Shown piece by piece: positions 33,262-46,809 of a stretch of DNA of 64,000 bases (its first letter is position 1; every line of letters begins with the position of its first letter). A model generated the notes under the pieces. That model was given only the letters and a program-made list of their open reading frames with translations. It had not been told where the DNA came from and did not search any database. The stretch is from Scyliorhinus canicula (lineage: Eukaryota), in the NCBI RefSeq assembly GCF_902713615.1, contig NC_052163.1:84617721-84681720 (forward strand), given 5' to 3'. Both the position numbers and the translations under genes were made by a program.

Positions 33262-36200
33262 TAGTGAACTCACACTCACCAATCAGAACAAGGGTCTGAA
33301 ACCCCTCCCAATCAGAGTCAGAGATTCAGATTGATGGCGTGACACCTCAGTCCAGTAAGAGACTGAATTGCATTTTAAACAAAGTACTTTCTTGTCTGAT
33401 ATTTCCCACTTCCCTTTTGCCTGCTTCTTCTGTTCAAATCTGGAGGATGAATTGCCGTTCACACCACCAGTAACAAAATATTCCCGCTATTTTACAATCT
33501 GGTGCAAAATTAAATTTTTAATTTATTTTAATTCATTTACAGGATGTTGGCGTCACTGGAGAGGCCAGTATTTATTGGTCATTCCTAGTTGCCCTTGTGA
33601 AGGTGGTAGTGAGATGCATTCGAGAATGACACAGAAAGAAGTCTTACAACACCAGGTTAAAGTCAAACAGGTTTCAGAGCACAGCTCCTTCATCAGGTGA
33701 ATCACGAAAGCTCTTTAACCTGGTGTTGTAAGACTTCTTACTGTGCTCATCCCAGTCCAACACTGGCATTTCCACATCATTTCTTGAATGACAGCAGTCC
33801 TTGAAGTTGACTCTCCTCATATGAAACGTTCTCAAACTGATAGAACACGTATACTAATAGAAGAGAAACCATGTGAAACATGATACAGAAAGTTCTTCAT
33901 AATAATAATCTTTATTAGTGTCACAAGTAGGCTCACATTAATACGGCAATGAAGTTACTGTGAAAATACCTGAGTCACCACACTATGGCGCCTGTTTAGG
34001 TAATTATAGGACAGCTGCTGTTATTTAGTCTCTCCTGAAACCTCTCAAGCTGGAAGACTCCTCATCGGTTCTTTCACTTCTCCTTCAAGAGCCCATTATA
34101 TCACGGAATCTGGCTCCATCCAGGAGAATCTAGAAAATACCGATGTGTAATTGTGCCCACCATTCCTCAGGGTCAACGGATTTGGGACTTGTTAATGATC
34201 CCAACTTCTGTTTTCCATCCCTACGCAACCCATAAACCCCCTCAGTTCACATTTTGACAATCTGACACTGCTTCCACAGAGAGTGAATGTGCATAAAAGG
34301 AACTCCTTGCTGTTGGCTATCTGGATGGAGTTTTATTTCAGAATTGAAATTCAATCATTTATGTGGTGAGATTTGAATCAGCATTGCTTTAGGTTTGTAT
34401 TTTAGCAGTCCAGTGAATTATACCCCTGGGCCACAGGAGGAACCCAAGCATAACATGGGGACATTGAGTCGAACTGACACTCTCCCAACTGAACTAATTC
34501 AGCTGCTAAATGGATCAATGTTCAGGAATTAATGGGACTTGAACCATGTTCCAGGAGCATTCGCCTGGGCTTTTGGATTGCTGGTGTAGTGTGACTAACA
34601 GTACACTACCCTTTCCCTCCCTCTGGGAGAGTTGAAGGTTTAACTAGTTCCTGATGCACTAACTAGCTCACCACCTGACTATCATATTCTAATCTGCCAT
34701 CAACCAGCAACTATGTAAATTATGAACTATATTGCACTAACTCTCATATAAGATCTACTTATAAAATATGTTATTTTCATGGAATCAGAGCATTGAGAGC
34801 TAATTGAACCTCATGTAAATGTTAAAGGAGATTGGCTGAAGCAAAACTGTATTGAGGATGGCAGCTTCCACCAATCAGCTTTTAGTGTTTAATTGCGGTT
34901 AGATAGGTGAGACTAACAAACCGCTGGGGTCCCAGCAGGAAGTGTGCAATGTTATTTTAATGAGAGGGACTGTCCAGAACACAGTCAAACACAATGTATT
35001 TTCATTTTACTGCATCATAAACAAATCTCTCAGTTTCAGCTCCACCCATTTAAATAATGGTCAGACATATCACTTTTTAAAGCGGCGACCTTCTGTAGCA
35101 GTGTGGCCTGGTCAGTTTTAGATCCACATACTTTATAAACACTGTGTAAAGAGAAGGAAAGAGTCGGAGAAATCAATATGGAATAAACATTTGCCCAATC
35201 AGAATAATGGTTTGTTTTTAGTCAAAAAATGGGAAGTTTATTTGAGAAGTTTAGAGAATGTTGAATCAGGTCTGACTCTAAAGCTGCTCTGGTGGCACCA
35301 TTGACGTTGACTGATCCAGAATTGTTCTACAGGAAACACTGTTCCCTATGTCCATGGTGTTACTCCAGCGAGAACTGGCAGCTATTTGGTACTTCACCTG
35401 ATGGTCTTTCAACTGATGGTATGAGTTGGCTGGTTTGATGTCAGAAAATTCAGTAATTCAATCAACTCATTTTCCATTCCTTAAAGATTTTGAACTTTAA
35501 GAATTGCCTGATTATGGGGTTCTCACATTCTCCCTGTAGGAACATCCCATTTTGCATATATCCACCCAAGTTTGGTGCAGATGTCAAGGGACAAACCTTC
35601 AGGATTGGAGATGACCTTCTGGAGTTCAAGCATCTAAATTCAGGTGGCTAAACAACAGAGATAAATGGTTCAACCTCCAGTGCTTCTCTCATCTGAAACA
35701 CCTTCTATTTCTACTGCATTCCTCATGTACATGGTTAACTTACAGCACATTAGCGCCTCAAGGAAGGAAATGCCATCTCCCTGTCATGGCTTTGGCCTGA
35801 AAAGTTATCTGGAGGAGTGGGAGAATTTGACTCTCTAATAACAGATCCATTCCTTTCAATGATCCAGAATTCTCCAAAGATTGGATTTCAAGATTAGTCA
35901 GAAAGGATTATTCAGTTTCCCAAATGACAGAAATACTATTCACAATGGATGTGGGAGGTTTGGAGACTGCCTTAGCCATCAGCGTAAGTGGCAACATGAG
36001 CCCAAAGTCTCATGAGAGTCAGGAAAAGAGATTCTCACCGGCGAGATCTTGTTTCTTGATTTTCCACTCCGCTCGCCCATGATGCAATGAGGTTCCCACC
36101 GAGGAAGGACAGGAACCTCATTTTAATACATTATAATATAATTAGTGAGCTGTCCCACCATAAATTCTTTGAATATTTAATCCAGCATGGGTTACAACAG

Positions 36201-36938
36201 CTCAAAAAAACAGGAACCCTGGCAAACTCACCTTTGAACGGGATATTGGAGATGTGCGTGCAGGTCACCGTTACACAACAGGGAGTCCAATGTAGAGGGG
36301 GCACCAGAAAGAATGTCAGGGATCCAGCGAAGCCATTCTTCGGGCCAGTTTTGGGGAGGGGGGTGTTCAGTGTAGGCAGTTGTGTGTGGGAGGATTTGCT
36401 GCTCGTCGGCTTTAGCATGTCTTCTTTATCGTGGTGCTGTAGGTCCAAGGGGTCTGTCACTTGGTGTGGACTTTGCGCATCTTGGGTCTCCTTTGCTGGG
36501 GTCTAAGCTGGTGTCTCGGAGGGTTAGACTTTCTGTATTGGCATTTGGAAGTGGTGAGAGCAGGGAAACCCACAGGTTCAGCACAGGGGTCAGCCATGGG
36601 GTCCCAAGGTGGGGTCCGTTGAAACGCCTGGTTGGATGAGCAATGTGAGGGACTCTGACATGGGGTGGTGAGTTGTTCCATGAGGGCAAGAGGACCCTAA
36701 CACAGCGGAGACATAAAAGCCAGTTACATGCATCCACCCCCAGGCTACAAGGGCATGAAGCATTGTAGATGGGCCCTGTCAATGGCCCTTGGACTCCGGG
36801 CTATCAGGGATGTTATCATGGGAGGCTGGGTGTACAAAATGGAAGGCTCATAAGATCTGCTACACATGTGAATATTTTGAGTTTATTAACAACTCCATAA
36901 TACAAAAGAACACAGCCAAATACAAAACAATCCGCAAT

Positions 36939-37284
36939 TTTGGGGCAGTACGGTAGCATGGTGGTTAGCATAAATGCTTTACAGCTCCAGGGTCCCAGGT
37001 TCGATTCCCGGCTGGGTCACTGTCTGTGCGGAGTCTGCACGTCCTCCCCGTGTGTGCGTGGGTTTCCTCCGGGTGCTCCGGTTTCCTCCCACAGTCCAAA
37101 GATGTGCAGGTTAGGTGGATTGGCTATGCTAAATTGCCCGTAGTGTCCTAAAAAGTAAGGTTAAGGGGGGGGTTGTTGGGTTACGGGTATAGGGTGGATA
37201 CATGGGTTTGGGTAGGGTGATCATTGCTCGCACAACATCGAGGGCCGAAGGGCCTGTTCTGTGCTGTACTGTTCTATGTTCTAT
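36939..37284 (+). mobile_element. Young HE1-like SINE, copy-2 specific
   Basis: Empty site ccgcaat|atgcta at about 8467 in copy 1; (gttctat)n tail. Confidence 0.92.
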
Positions 37285-40200
37285 ATGCTAAAAACACCCA
37301 CAATACACCAAAAATACAAACCAATGAATCAACAAGAAAACAGAGCCACCAGATTTCAAGCCAGCACATGCCCCCCCCCCCCCCCCCCCCCCCCAAAATC
37401 TAACCCCAATGTTAGCCTCACATTAGTGGAAAGGCGCCCGAACGAGCAGCGCAGACCACCGGAAAAGGGCACAGCAGAAGAGCGAGAGAGAGAACACCCC
37501 ACCCCTCAACAATAGAAAGAAGACAAAGCCCCCAGCATTCAAGCCAGCACACGCCCTTCCCTCCCCCACCCCACCCCACCCCAGCTCCAGCAACAGTCCC
37601 ATATTGGTGGAAAGACGCCCATAAGCATCTCATTCCACTGGAAAAGGACAGGCGGAACTCAGCTGAGGTGAGAACGAGAGAACACCCCTGCCACTCACCA
37701 GCTCCGGGAGCCCTCTGAACCACCAGTGCACAGAAGCATGAGGGGCCATAACTGGCCGCTAGGCACGAAAACAATCAACAACAAGAGGCCACAGGAGGAA
37801 GCCACTGCCCTAATAACATCCCTGACCCTTCCTTGGTGAGTCAATTATGCCCATTAAGAGAGCATGATTGCATGATTCTGCCACTAATTGGCACCCACTA
37901 GTAAAACCTTTGGGAGCTATCTCATTTGTGCTTCGCTTTTGGTTTAAGGCCTGTACCCAGAAAAACTATGGGTCACATTCAAGAACAGAGACATTTTAAA
38001 ACGCTGGAAGAGGTGAATGATCAAATCGGAGAGGAGGGAGGGAGAAGGGTGGTGGCAATGAGGCCAAGGGGCATGGATGGAGGGAGGAGGGTAGAGTGTT
38101 GCTGACTCAGGTTTTTTTGCAGTTAGGCTTAGGAGGGGGTGTAATGGCGGCCACCTTGGGTGGGCCTGTAACCGAGGCAAACCTGGATTTGGCTGGATCG
38201 CCTCACAAAGCAGATACGGTGGATCCTAATAGAGGGGAGGGTTCAGAAATCTGCTGCCAGGATGGAAAGTGAGGGGGTTAAATGGTCCGGTCAAAAGATC
38301 CCCGGTGTTTGCACATTTGAAGAACCTGAAAGCCAATATTTTCTTCTTGCAGGAGATGCATTTGAGGGTTTGGGATCAGACGAGGCTAAGGAAGAGATGG
38401 GGGGGGGCAGGTGTTCCATTCAATATAGGCCTTGTTCATAACTCCAAGGATCTTCGTCTAGTCTCTCGTGAATGAGGGGGTGAAGTACACTATAGTTGAA
38501 AAGCTGTATAATTTGCCCTCAACAACCATTGTGTCAGAGAGTAAGGGAGTGAAGCTCATTGGAAAGGCATTCACCTATGGGAATGTGCACACGTTGGTGT
38601 CCCGTGTCTTGACAGGGCAATGGGTCAGGCCATTGACAGGACTCATTGCTCTCAGATCTGTTTCCTCCATTTCAGTTTTTGGAATGAGAGGGTGATGGTG
38701 CCAGTGGAGTTGGCTGTTCTTCCTGATTGTAGTGGAACAGTGGACTGCATAGAAAGCATCCTATCGGGCTGCATCACAGCCTGGGATGGCAACTGCTCGG
38801 CCCAAAACTGCAAGAAACTTCAGAGAGTCGTGAACACCACCCAGTCCATCACACAAACCTGCCTCCCATCCATTAACTCCATCTAAACCTCCCGCTGCCT
38901 GGGGAAAGCGGGCAGCATAATCATAGGCCCCTCCCACTCGGCTTACTCACTCTTCCAACTTCTTCCGTCGGGCAGGAGATACAAAAGTCTGAGAACACGC
39001 ACAAACAGATTCAAAAACAGCTTCTTCCCCGCTGTTACCAGACTCCTAAACGACCCTCTTATGGACTGACCTGATTAATACTACACCCCTGTATGGTTCA
39101 CCCAATGCTGGTGTCTATGTATTTACATTGTGTACCTTGTGTTGCCCTATTATGTATTTTCTTTTTATTTTAATTTATTTTCATGTACTTAATTTTTTAA
39201 ATATGAATTGAGAGTACCCAATTCATTTTTTTCTGAATTAAGGGGCAATTTAGCATGGTCAATCCACCTACCCTGCACAATTTTGGGTTGTGGTGGCAAA
39301 ACCCACGCAAACACAGGGAGAATGTGCAAACTCCACGTGGTCAGTGACCCTGAGCCGGGATCGAACCTGGGACCTTGGCACCAAGGGACAGCAGTGCTAA
39401 CCACTGCGCCGCCGTGCTGCCCCGATTTCCATGTACCTAATAATCTATTTGAGCTGCTCGCAGAAAAATACTTTTCACTGTACCTCGGTACACGTGACAA
39501 TAAACAAATCCAACCATCTAGGGGAGAGGATGTCTACGTGCAGCTGCACATGGACAGGGCCGGGGCCATGTACAGGAGGGGATGGCAGGGCCCATTGAGT
39601 TACCGGGAGGCAGGGCCATATATTGAGGTGGCTCGGAGGCGACATTATCAGGCACGGGTGTACTGGAGGAGAACAACAAGGTTCCAAATGACAGATATCC
39701 ACTGACCGAGACAGCTCTGTCTGCCTCGAGGGACGGAGGATCACCTTTGCCAGATGTTGCAGGAGTTGGCGCCACATGGACTGGGAGGGCACCCGTTGCC
39801 TCTGTCCCCGAAGGCCAGAGCCGCGCTGAACGATTGTGCTAGCGACTCATTTCAGCGCTGCACCGGGAACCTAGTCCACTGCACATAAGTGCATAAGGGA
39901 GGTGTCCGATGCCCTATTTGCGAGGGCTCATAACTACATCAAATTTAACTGGGATCAGGCTCGGCAGGAGGCCAGAACCGAGGGCATTGCCCACATGGCT
40001 GGCCTGCCCCATGCGCAGGGTCTGATTGAATGCCTGCACATGGCTCCGTGTTTCTCATGGTGGCATGGGGCACTCTTTGTAAACCGCAAGGGATTCCACT
40101 CTCTTAATCTGCAGATGGTCTGTGACAATGTGATACGCATTATCCGGGTATGTGCCCATTTCCTGGGGAGTATCCTCAGCAGCTACGCTCTCAGATGCTC

Positions 40201-40952
40201 TCAGATCCCGGGCACCTTCAAGGGAGAGCAGCGGCTGGAGGGATGGCTCTTCGGAACAAAGGATACCCCCTCAGGAGGTGGCTAATGATGTCACGGCAGA
40301 GGCCACAAACACCTGCTGAGTCTTGTTAAAATGAGGATCATGCATCTACACGTGCGCTGGCAGAGCAGACGACCGGCTTGCTAAAGATGGGGTTCCAGTG
40401 CCTGGACCCATCAGGGGGAGCCCAGCCCCCAGAGGGTTTCACACATCATGGTGGTGTGCTGCGCACTCCATGACCTGGCACTGCAAAGGGCCAAAGAGCT
40501 TGATGAGGAGGAAATGGACAACCGCAACATCTCCTCAGATGGGGAGGCAGTTGAGGAGGACTGTGAGTGGAAACCCCGGAAGGGGGCTAAGGAAGAACCT
40601 CAGGCAATGGCCAGGGCCTAATTGGGCATGAATCTTGGGATGCTCTGATCACCTCTCACTTTGGGGAGGACTAGGAATATTGTGGGCAGGTATGGTCCAT
40701 GCATGGAGTCGAAGAACCTCTTCCTCGTATACTGCCAGTGAGGTGTTGCTGATCACTCCTTTCAAGGGTGGGGAACGGATGCCCAATAACTGGACGATGC
40801 AGGAGAATGATGATGACTTGCAGTGAGGGCAGAGCAATGCTCCTCATCTCCACTGCAAATGCTTGACTCCTGCCTGACAGAAACCTGAAGGTGAACTGCT
40901 ACTGAACAGGGTGAACTGTGGGTGCATCGACGCTGAATCTCAGCTGCCTCTG

Positions 40953-41492
40953 CCTCCTATGAGGTTAGGGGTACCGGTGCCTCCTCCGAGGTTAGGGGTA
41001 CCGGTGCCTCCTCCGAGGTTAGGGGTGTCGGTGCCTCCTCCGAGGTTAGGGGTGTCGGTGCCTCCTCCGAGGTTAGGGGTACCGGTGCCTCCTCCGAGGT
41101 TAGGGGTACCGGTGCCTCCTCCAAGGCTAGGGGTACCGGTGCCTCCTCCGAGGTTAGGGGTACCGGTGCCTCCTCCGAGGTTAGGGGTACCGGTGCCTCC
41201 TCCGAGGGTAGGGGTACCGGTGCCTCCTCCGATGTTAGGGGTACCGGTGCCTCCTCCGAGGGTAGGGATACCGGTGCCTCCTCCGAGGGTAGGGGTACCG
41301 GTGCCTCCTCCGAGGGTAGGGGTACCGGTGCCTCCTCCGAGGTTAGGGGTACCGGTGCCTCCTCCGAGGTTAGGGGTGTCGGTGCCTCCTCCGAGGTTAG
41401 GGGTACCGGTGCCTCCTCCGAGGTTAGGGGTACCGGTCCCTCCTCCGAGGTTAGGGGTACCGGTCCCTCCTCCGAGGTTAGGGGTGTCGGTA
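40953..41492. repeat. 27-bp minisatellite, 20 units
   Basis: Same unit as 12610-13095 with a different count and variant order. Confidence 0.97.
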
Positions 41493-42958
41493 TTGTGCAG
41501 GTGGATAGACTGTCACAAGTTTTCAGCCACTGTCTTCCTCATGCTGAAAGAATGCTTCACTGTGGAAAGGTTTATGCGTTTGGCCTGGGTTGGGGGGTGA
41601 ACAGTGCGATGGTGTCCATAACCAGGGTTATATAAGCATGACTGCGTAGTTACAGTGGGAGAGGGTGGGACAGCCGTTGAGCTGCCATCCTCTCAGACGA
41701 GTTAGAGAATACACCGTTGTTGCGCTTCCAAAATAAACATTGGCCTAGGCTGGGTATGCCGCAAAGAAATGAGAGCGGAAGGACATTCAGGGTGCAAAAC
41801 GTGACTTTTAATACATTTAACAGTGATTGATCTCTACTTAAACTCACCCGGGCCCACGCTGTGACAATAATCGCTTACCCTTCGTGTTATGTCTCAGTGT
41901 CTCCCCAACATACACAGCTGAGGATGAGGCAGCCTGCTGTCTTCCACGCCCTGCTGCCTGAGATGACATTGTCGGGCGCCCCCTGGAGGAACAGAACTGT
42001 GAGGATCCGGGCCTACTTTCAGGCAACATGGGGGTTGCAGTGCTACCCTTTTCGGGGTGCTGGGCTGGAGGTGTGACGGTCAAAGGATGGGGCAATCAGA
42101 TGGGCTGGGTGGTAGGCCCCAGGCTGTGCACCAGACAATCCTCTCCCTTACGGGTGCCCTGGGCTCCTCCGTGGGATGGAGGGGCAGCTGGAGTGAGGTT
42201 GAGAAACCCCACCATCCTTTGGCACTGACACGCATGGATTCCCTTTTCTTTAAATGTATTTTATTCCAAACGTGTAAAAAACAGTAACATATACAACAAC
42301 ACACTTCACAACCTGGTTTGAAGGGGCTGATTTAGCATGCTTGGCTAAATAGCTGGCTTTGAAGGCAGGCCAGCAGCACGGTTCAATTCCTGTACCAGCC
42401 TCCTCGAACAGGTGCTGGAATGTGGCGACTAGGGGCTTTTCACAGTAACTTCATTTGAAGCCTACTCGTGACAATAAGTGATTTTCATTTCATTTCATTT
42501 CAACCTCACAGTTTGTCTGTTTTTCCCCTTCTATCCCGCCCCCCCCCCCCCCACCCCGTGACAAACAGTTCCTCAAACAATGTCATGAACAACCCCCACC
42601 TTGCCACAAAGCCCTCCGCTGACCCCTCAATTCAAATTTAATCATTTACAACTGAACAAAGTCGTACAGGTCCCCCAGCCAGGCCACCTCCACCGCCAGC
42701 ATATCCAACCTCCAATTCAGCAAGGTCCTCCTCCGGGCAATTAGAGAGGCGCAGGTCACCATCGGCCCCCTTCACCTCCAGCAGCTCCAGCATTTCTGAT
42801 ACCCCAAAGATCGCCACCATTGACTCTGGCCTGACCTCCGCCCCACAATTTTAGATAACATCCCAAACACCACTTCCCAGTATCTCTCCAACTTCTTGCA
42901 ACCCACACTTCCAGTGGTGGCCATGGAGGAGTAGGTCGCACATTTGATAGCTCCCGCT

Positions 42959-43336
42959 GCAGCACGGTAGCATGGTGGTTAGCATAAATGCTCCACAGTT
43001 CCAGGGTCCCAGGGTCGATTCCCAGCTGGGTCACTGTCTGTGCGGAGTCTGCACGTCCTCCCAGTGTGTGCGTGGGTTTCCTTCGGGTGCTCCGGTTTCC
43101 TCCCACAGTCCAAAGATGTGCGGGTTAGGTGGATTGGCCATGCTAAATTGCCCGTAGTGTCCTAAAACGTAAGGTTAAGGGGGGGTTGTTGGGTTACGGG
43201 TACAGGGTGGATACGTGGGTTTGAGTAGGGTGATCATTGCTCGGCGCAACGTTGAGGGCCGAGGGGCCTGTTCTGTGCTGTACTGTTCTATGTTCTATGT
43301 GCTGTACTGTTCTATGTTTCTGTTCTATGTTTCTAT
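42959..43336 (+). mobile_element. Young HE1-like SINE, copy-2 specific
   Basis: Replaces 7 bp (tgtgaca) present at the empty site near 14558-14564 in copy 1. Confidence 0.92.
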
Positions 43337-46300
43337 GACTTTTGGACTTTTTTCCTCGTTTTTTCCGGATTTTATTGGTTAAATAGTGGAAGAGTGAGAC
43401 ATTAAGGAGAAATCCCTTTCCAGTATATGGAGAATTGGACCAGAAGTGGCCGTGTAAGAAGACAAAGTTCTACAAGGAAAACGCGAGTAGAGCTGGCAAT
43501 GCGGGAAAGCATGGCGGAGAGTCAGGGCCGCGGGGAGATGGCACAATGGTCTATGAAGCAGCTGGTGAAGTTTTTTGAAGATTGCTTCGCCAAGCTGAAG
43601 AAGGACACACTGGACCCGATCAAGGCTTCGATTGAGCAGGCGGTGCAGAATCAAGAAACCCACGGACATGCAATCCAGGAGGTGGAGAAAAAGGTGTCCG
43701 AGCACAAGGAATACATAACCGTGCTGGAGACCAAGGTGGAGATGATGAATGACCGCCAGAAAAGAATGCAGGAGAAGCAGGAGGACCTGGAGAACAGATC
43801 CAGGAGGCAGAATCTGAGAATCGTTGGCCTCCCTGAAGGCAGTAAGGATTGGATGAGAGGGCCTATGTGATGAACATGCTGGAGAAGCTGATGGGGGCTG
43901 AGGCGTTCCCTCGACCCCTGGAAATGGATAGAGTGCACAGAGCCCTCGCAAAGAAGCCCCCAAGGAACGGGCCACCGGTGGAAATGGTGGTACTTTTTGC
44001 ACCGATTCCTGGACAAGGAACACTTTCTCTGGTGGGCCAAGAAAGAACGGAGCAGCAAGTGGGAGAATTGTGAGCTGCGCATTTATCAAGACCTGGGCGT
44101 GGATTTGGCCAAGAGGCGAGCAGGGTTAAACGGGCAAAAACGGCCCTCTTTATGAAGGGGATGAAGTTCAGGATGTTGTACCCAGTCTGTCTATGGGTCA
44201 CATATGAGGAACGGGGTTTTTACTTTGAAACACCAGACGATGTATGGACTCTCATCAAGGAAAAAAGATTGGAGCTGATTTAAAGACACCGAATCCTTGG
44301 AGAGTATTGCAGTGGCGATTTGTTGAAAATCACTTTTGTGCTGATTTGAATAAGTAGTGTTATGTGCAATAAGGGGCTGTTTCGATGGCGAAAGTTAACT
44401 TTGTCTAATTGGGAGCTGGTTGGAGGGGGGTGGTTTCTGTGTCTTTTTTCTGTGGCTGTTTCTCCATTGTTTTATCTGATGTTTGTTTACTGGGGAATGT
44501 GATGCTTTGAATATGTTTGTCCGAGTGGGGGGAGACAGGAGAGAACAATGGGGAGACAGACTGTTTGGTGCCAAGGGCGGGCGCGATCAAGTCAGTATGG
44601 GTCATTGACTCACGGAAGCACAGTGGGGGGCAAGCAGGTGTTAAGCTGGAGCTTGATGTGGGGGATTGGGTTACTAGTGCTGTGACTAGGGGAGGGGGGC
44701 GAGGGGGGAGCTGACAGGGGAGGAACTGTTACTAGAGAACAAATGGGAGGTCGAGGACGGCGAATACCCGAGGGTGGGCTGAAGAGACCGGGGGCGCGAG
44801 CTGGAGGCTGGCCTAAAAAGGGTGATGGCTAGCTGGAGGGGGGTGGGGGCAGAGCCCCCCCCGACCAGGCTGATTACATGGAACGTTAGAGGGTTGAATG
44901 GTCCCGTCAAGAGGGCTCGCATTTTTGCGCATTTGAGGAGGTTGAAGGCGAACGTGGCAATGCCACAAGAGACACACCTAAAGGCTTTAGACCAGACTAG
45001 ATTGAGAAAGGGGTGGGTTGGCCAAGTATTCCACTCAGGGCTAGACTCAAAGACCAGGGGGATAGCGATCTTGATCAATAAACGAGTGACATTCGAGGCA
45101 GGGAGAATCGTGTTATACATGGGAGGCAGGTACATAATGGTGTCATGTGAGAGTACCTTTAAGAAATGGGTGTTTAAGAAATGTGTCTTTAAGAAATGGG
45201 TGTTTATCAGTGATGTCAGAGTGTGGGTGGAGCTGGGCTGTCTGTCAATTTTTTACTTTTGTTTTAGGCAGTTTGCTGCAGGGTGTGTTTTAGTTTTGTG
45301 TTCACAGCTGGATAGCTGCAGTCACAGCCAAAAGGTATATTGGAGTCTCTCTCTGTAATCTAAACACTGTAAATCGATCCTGGTGATTTAAAACTGATAA
45401 CAGTAGTGACTTTAAGCTGATGTGCTTCTGGTAAAAGCTGTTTTACGTCTTATGGATGTTAAAAGGAAAGCTTAAAGGATTACTTAGTGTTGTATTCTTT
45501 GGGGGTTGTATTTGAATTAATGGTTGCTAATATGTTCACTATGTTTTAAAAAGGTTAACTTGAGTTCATAGAATAAACATTGATTTGCTTTAAAAAACTA
45601 CTTTTCCATTTCTGCTGTATCACACCTGTACCACATGGGGGGCCGTGTGCTCCCCATACCACAATCTATTAAAAGTTGTGGGTCAGGTGAACTCCATGAT
45701 ACACTTTGGGGTTCTCTAAACCCTGGCCCAGAACAAATTGGGGGCTCGAGGGTGATAAAAGTCTATCTATTGGATTGGCTTAGTAAACTTAAAGACAGTG
45801 AGGGGTGAGCATATTGTGGTTGCTTATCAGGTGTGGTATTCCAGTTGAAGTGGGGAGTGTGTTGTGTACAATGGCTCTTTGGAGGCTCTGAATTTTTTGG
45901 GGGTGGAGACGGTCACACGCAGTACCTTATAGACAGAGACTAAAAGCAGACTGTAAGATTTGGCAAAAACATTGCAGTTAACATTACCTGACAAAGTGTG
46001 AAAAGATAGAGGTAATTATGGTGGCGGCTAAGCATTTAAAGTTTCCTGAGACACAGTTTGACTCTTTGGAAATGGCAAAAATTCAGATGCAAATTAAACA
46101 AATGGAACATGAGAAAGAATTAAAGCAGTTTGAATACAAAAGGGAGGGGGGAAAGAGAGAGAGAGAGGAAAAAGAAAAGGAGAGAGAAGAAAGGAGGAAA
46201 AAAATATAGCCCTAGCAGACCAAAAAGAAAGAAAAAGGGAGATACAGATCAGGGAAAAAGATAAAGAGAGAGAGTTTGAACTTCAGAAAATGGCCATGAA

Positions 46301-46809
46301 ATGTGACAGTCAGCTAAAATTGAGACTTAAAGGGAAATGTACAGTTGGATGATAGTGATGAGTGTCAAAGTCGAAGGCTTGGTGGGGATCTATTTTAATA
46401 TGTCCAAGCATTGCCAAGGTTTGACGAGTAGGAGGTGGAAGCCATTTTCATTTCATTTGAGAAGGTGGCTGAACAAATGAAATGGCCACAGGACATGTGG
46501 GTAGGTAGGGATAGTGAAGTGTTTGCATCACTACCGGAGGAGGTATCTGGGACGTCTGAGGGGATGAAAAAATCCATCTTAGGTGCCTATGAACTAGTGC
46601 CTGAAGCCTACAGACAGGTTTAGAAATTTAAGGAAAAAATTTGGTCAAACAGACATGGAGTTTGAAAGGCTCAAACAGAGTAATTTTGATAGGTGGATAA
46701 GGGCTTTGAAAATAGGCCAAACGTATGAAGCTCTCAGAGAAATTATGCTTTTGGAGGAGTTTAAAAATTCAATTCCTGATGTAGTGAGAACTGATGTAGT
46801 GAGAACTCA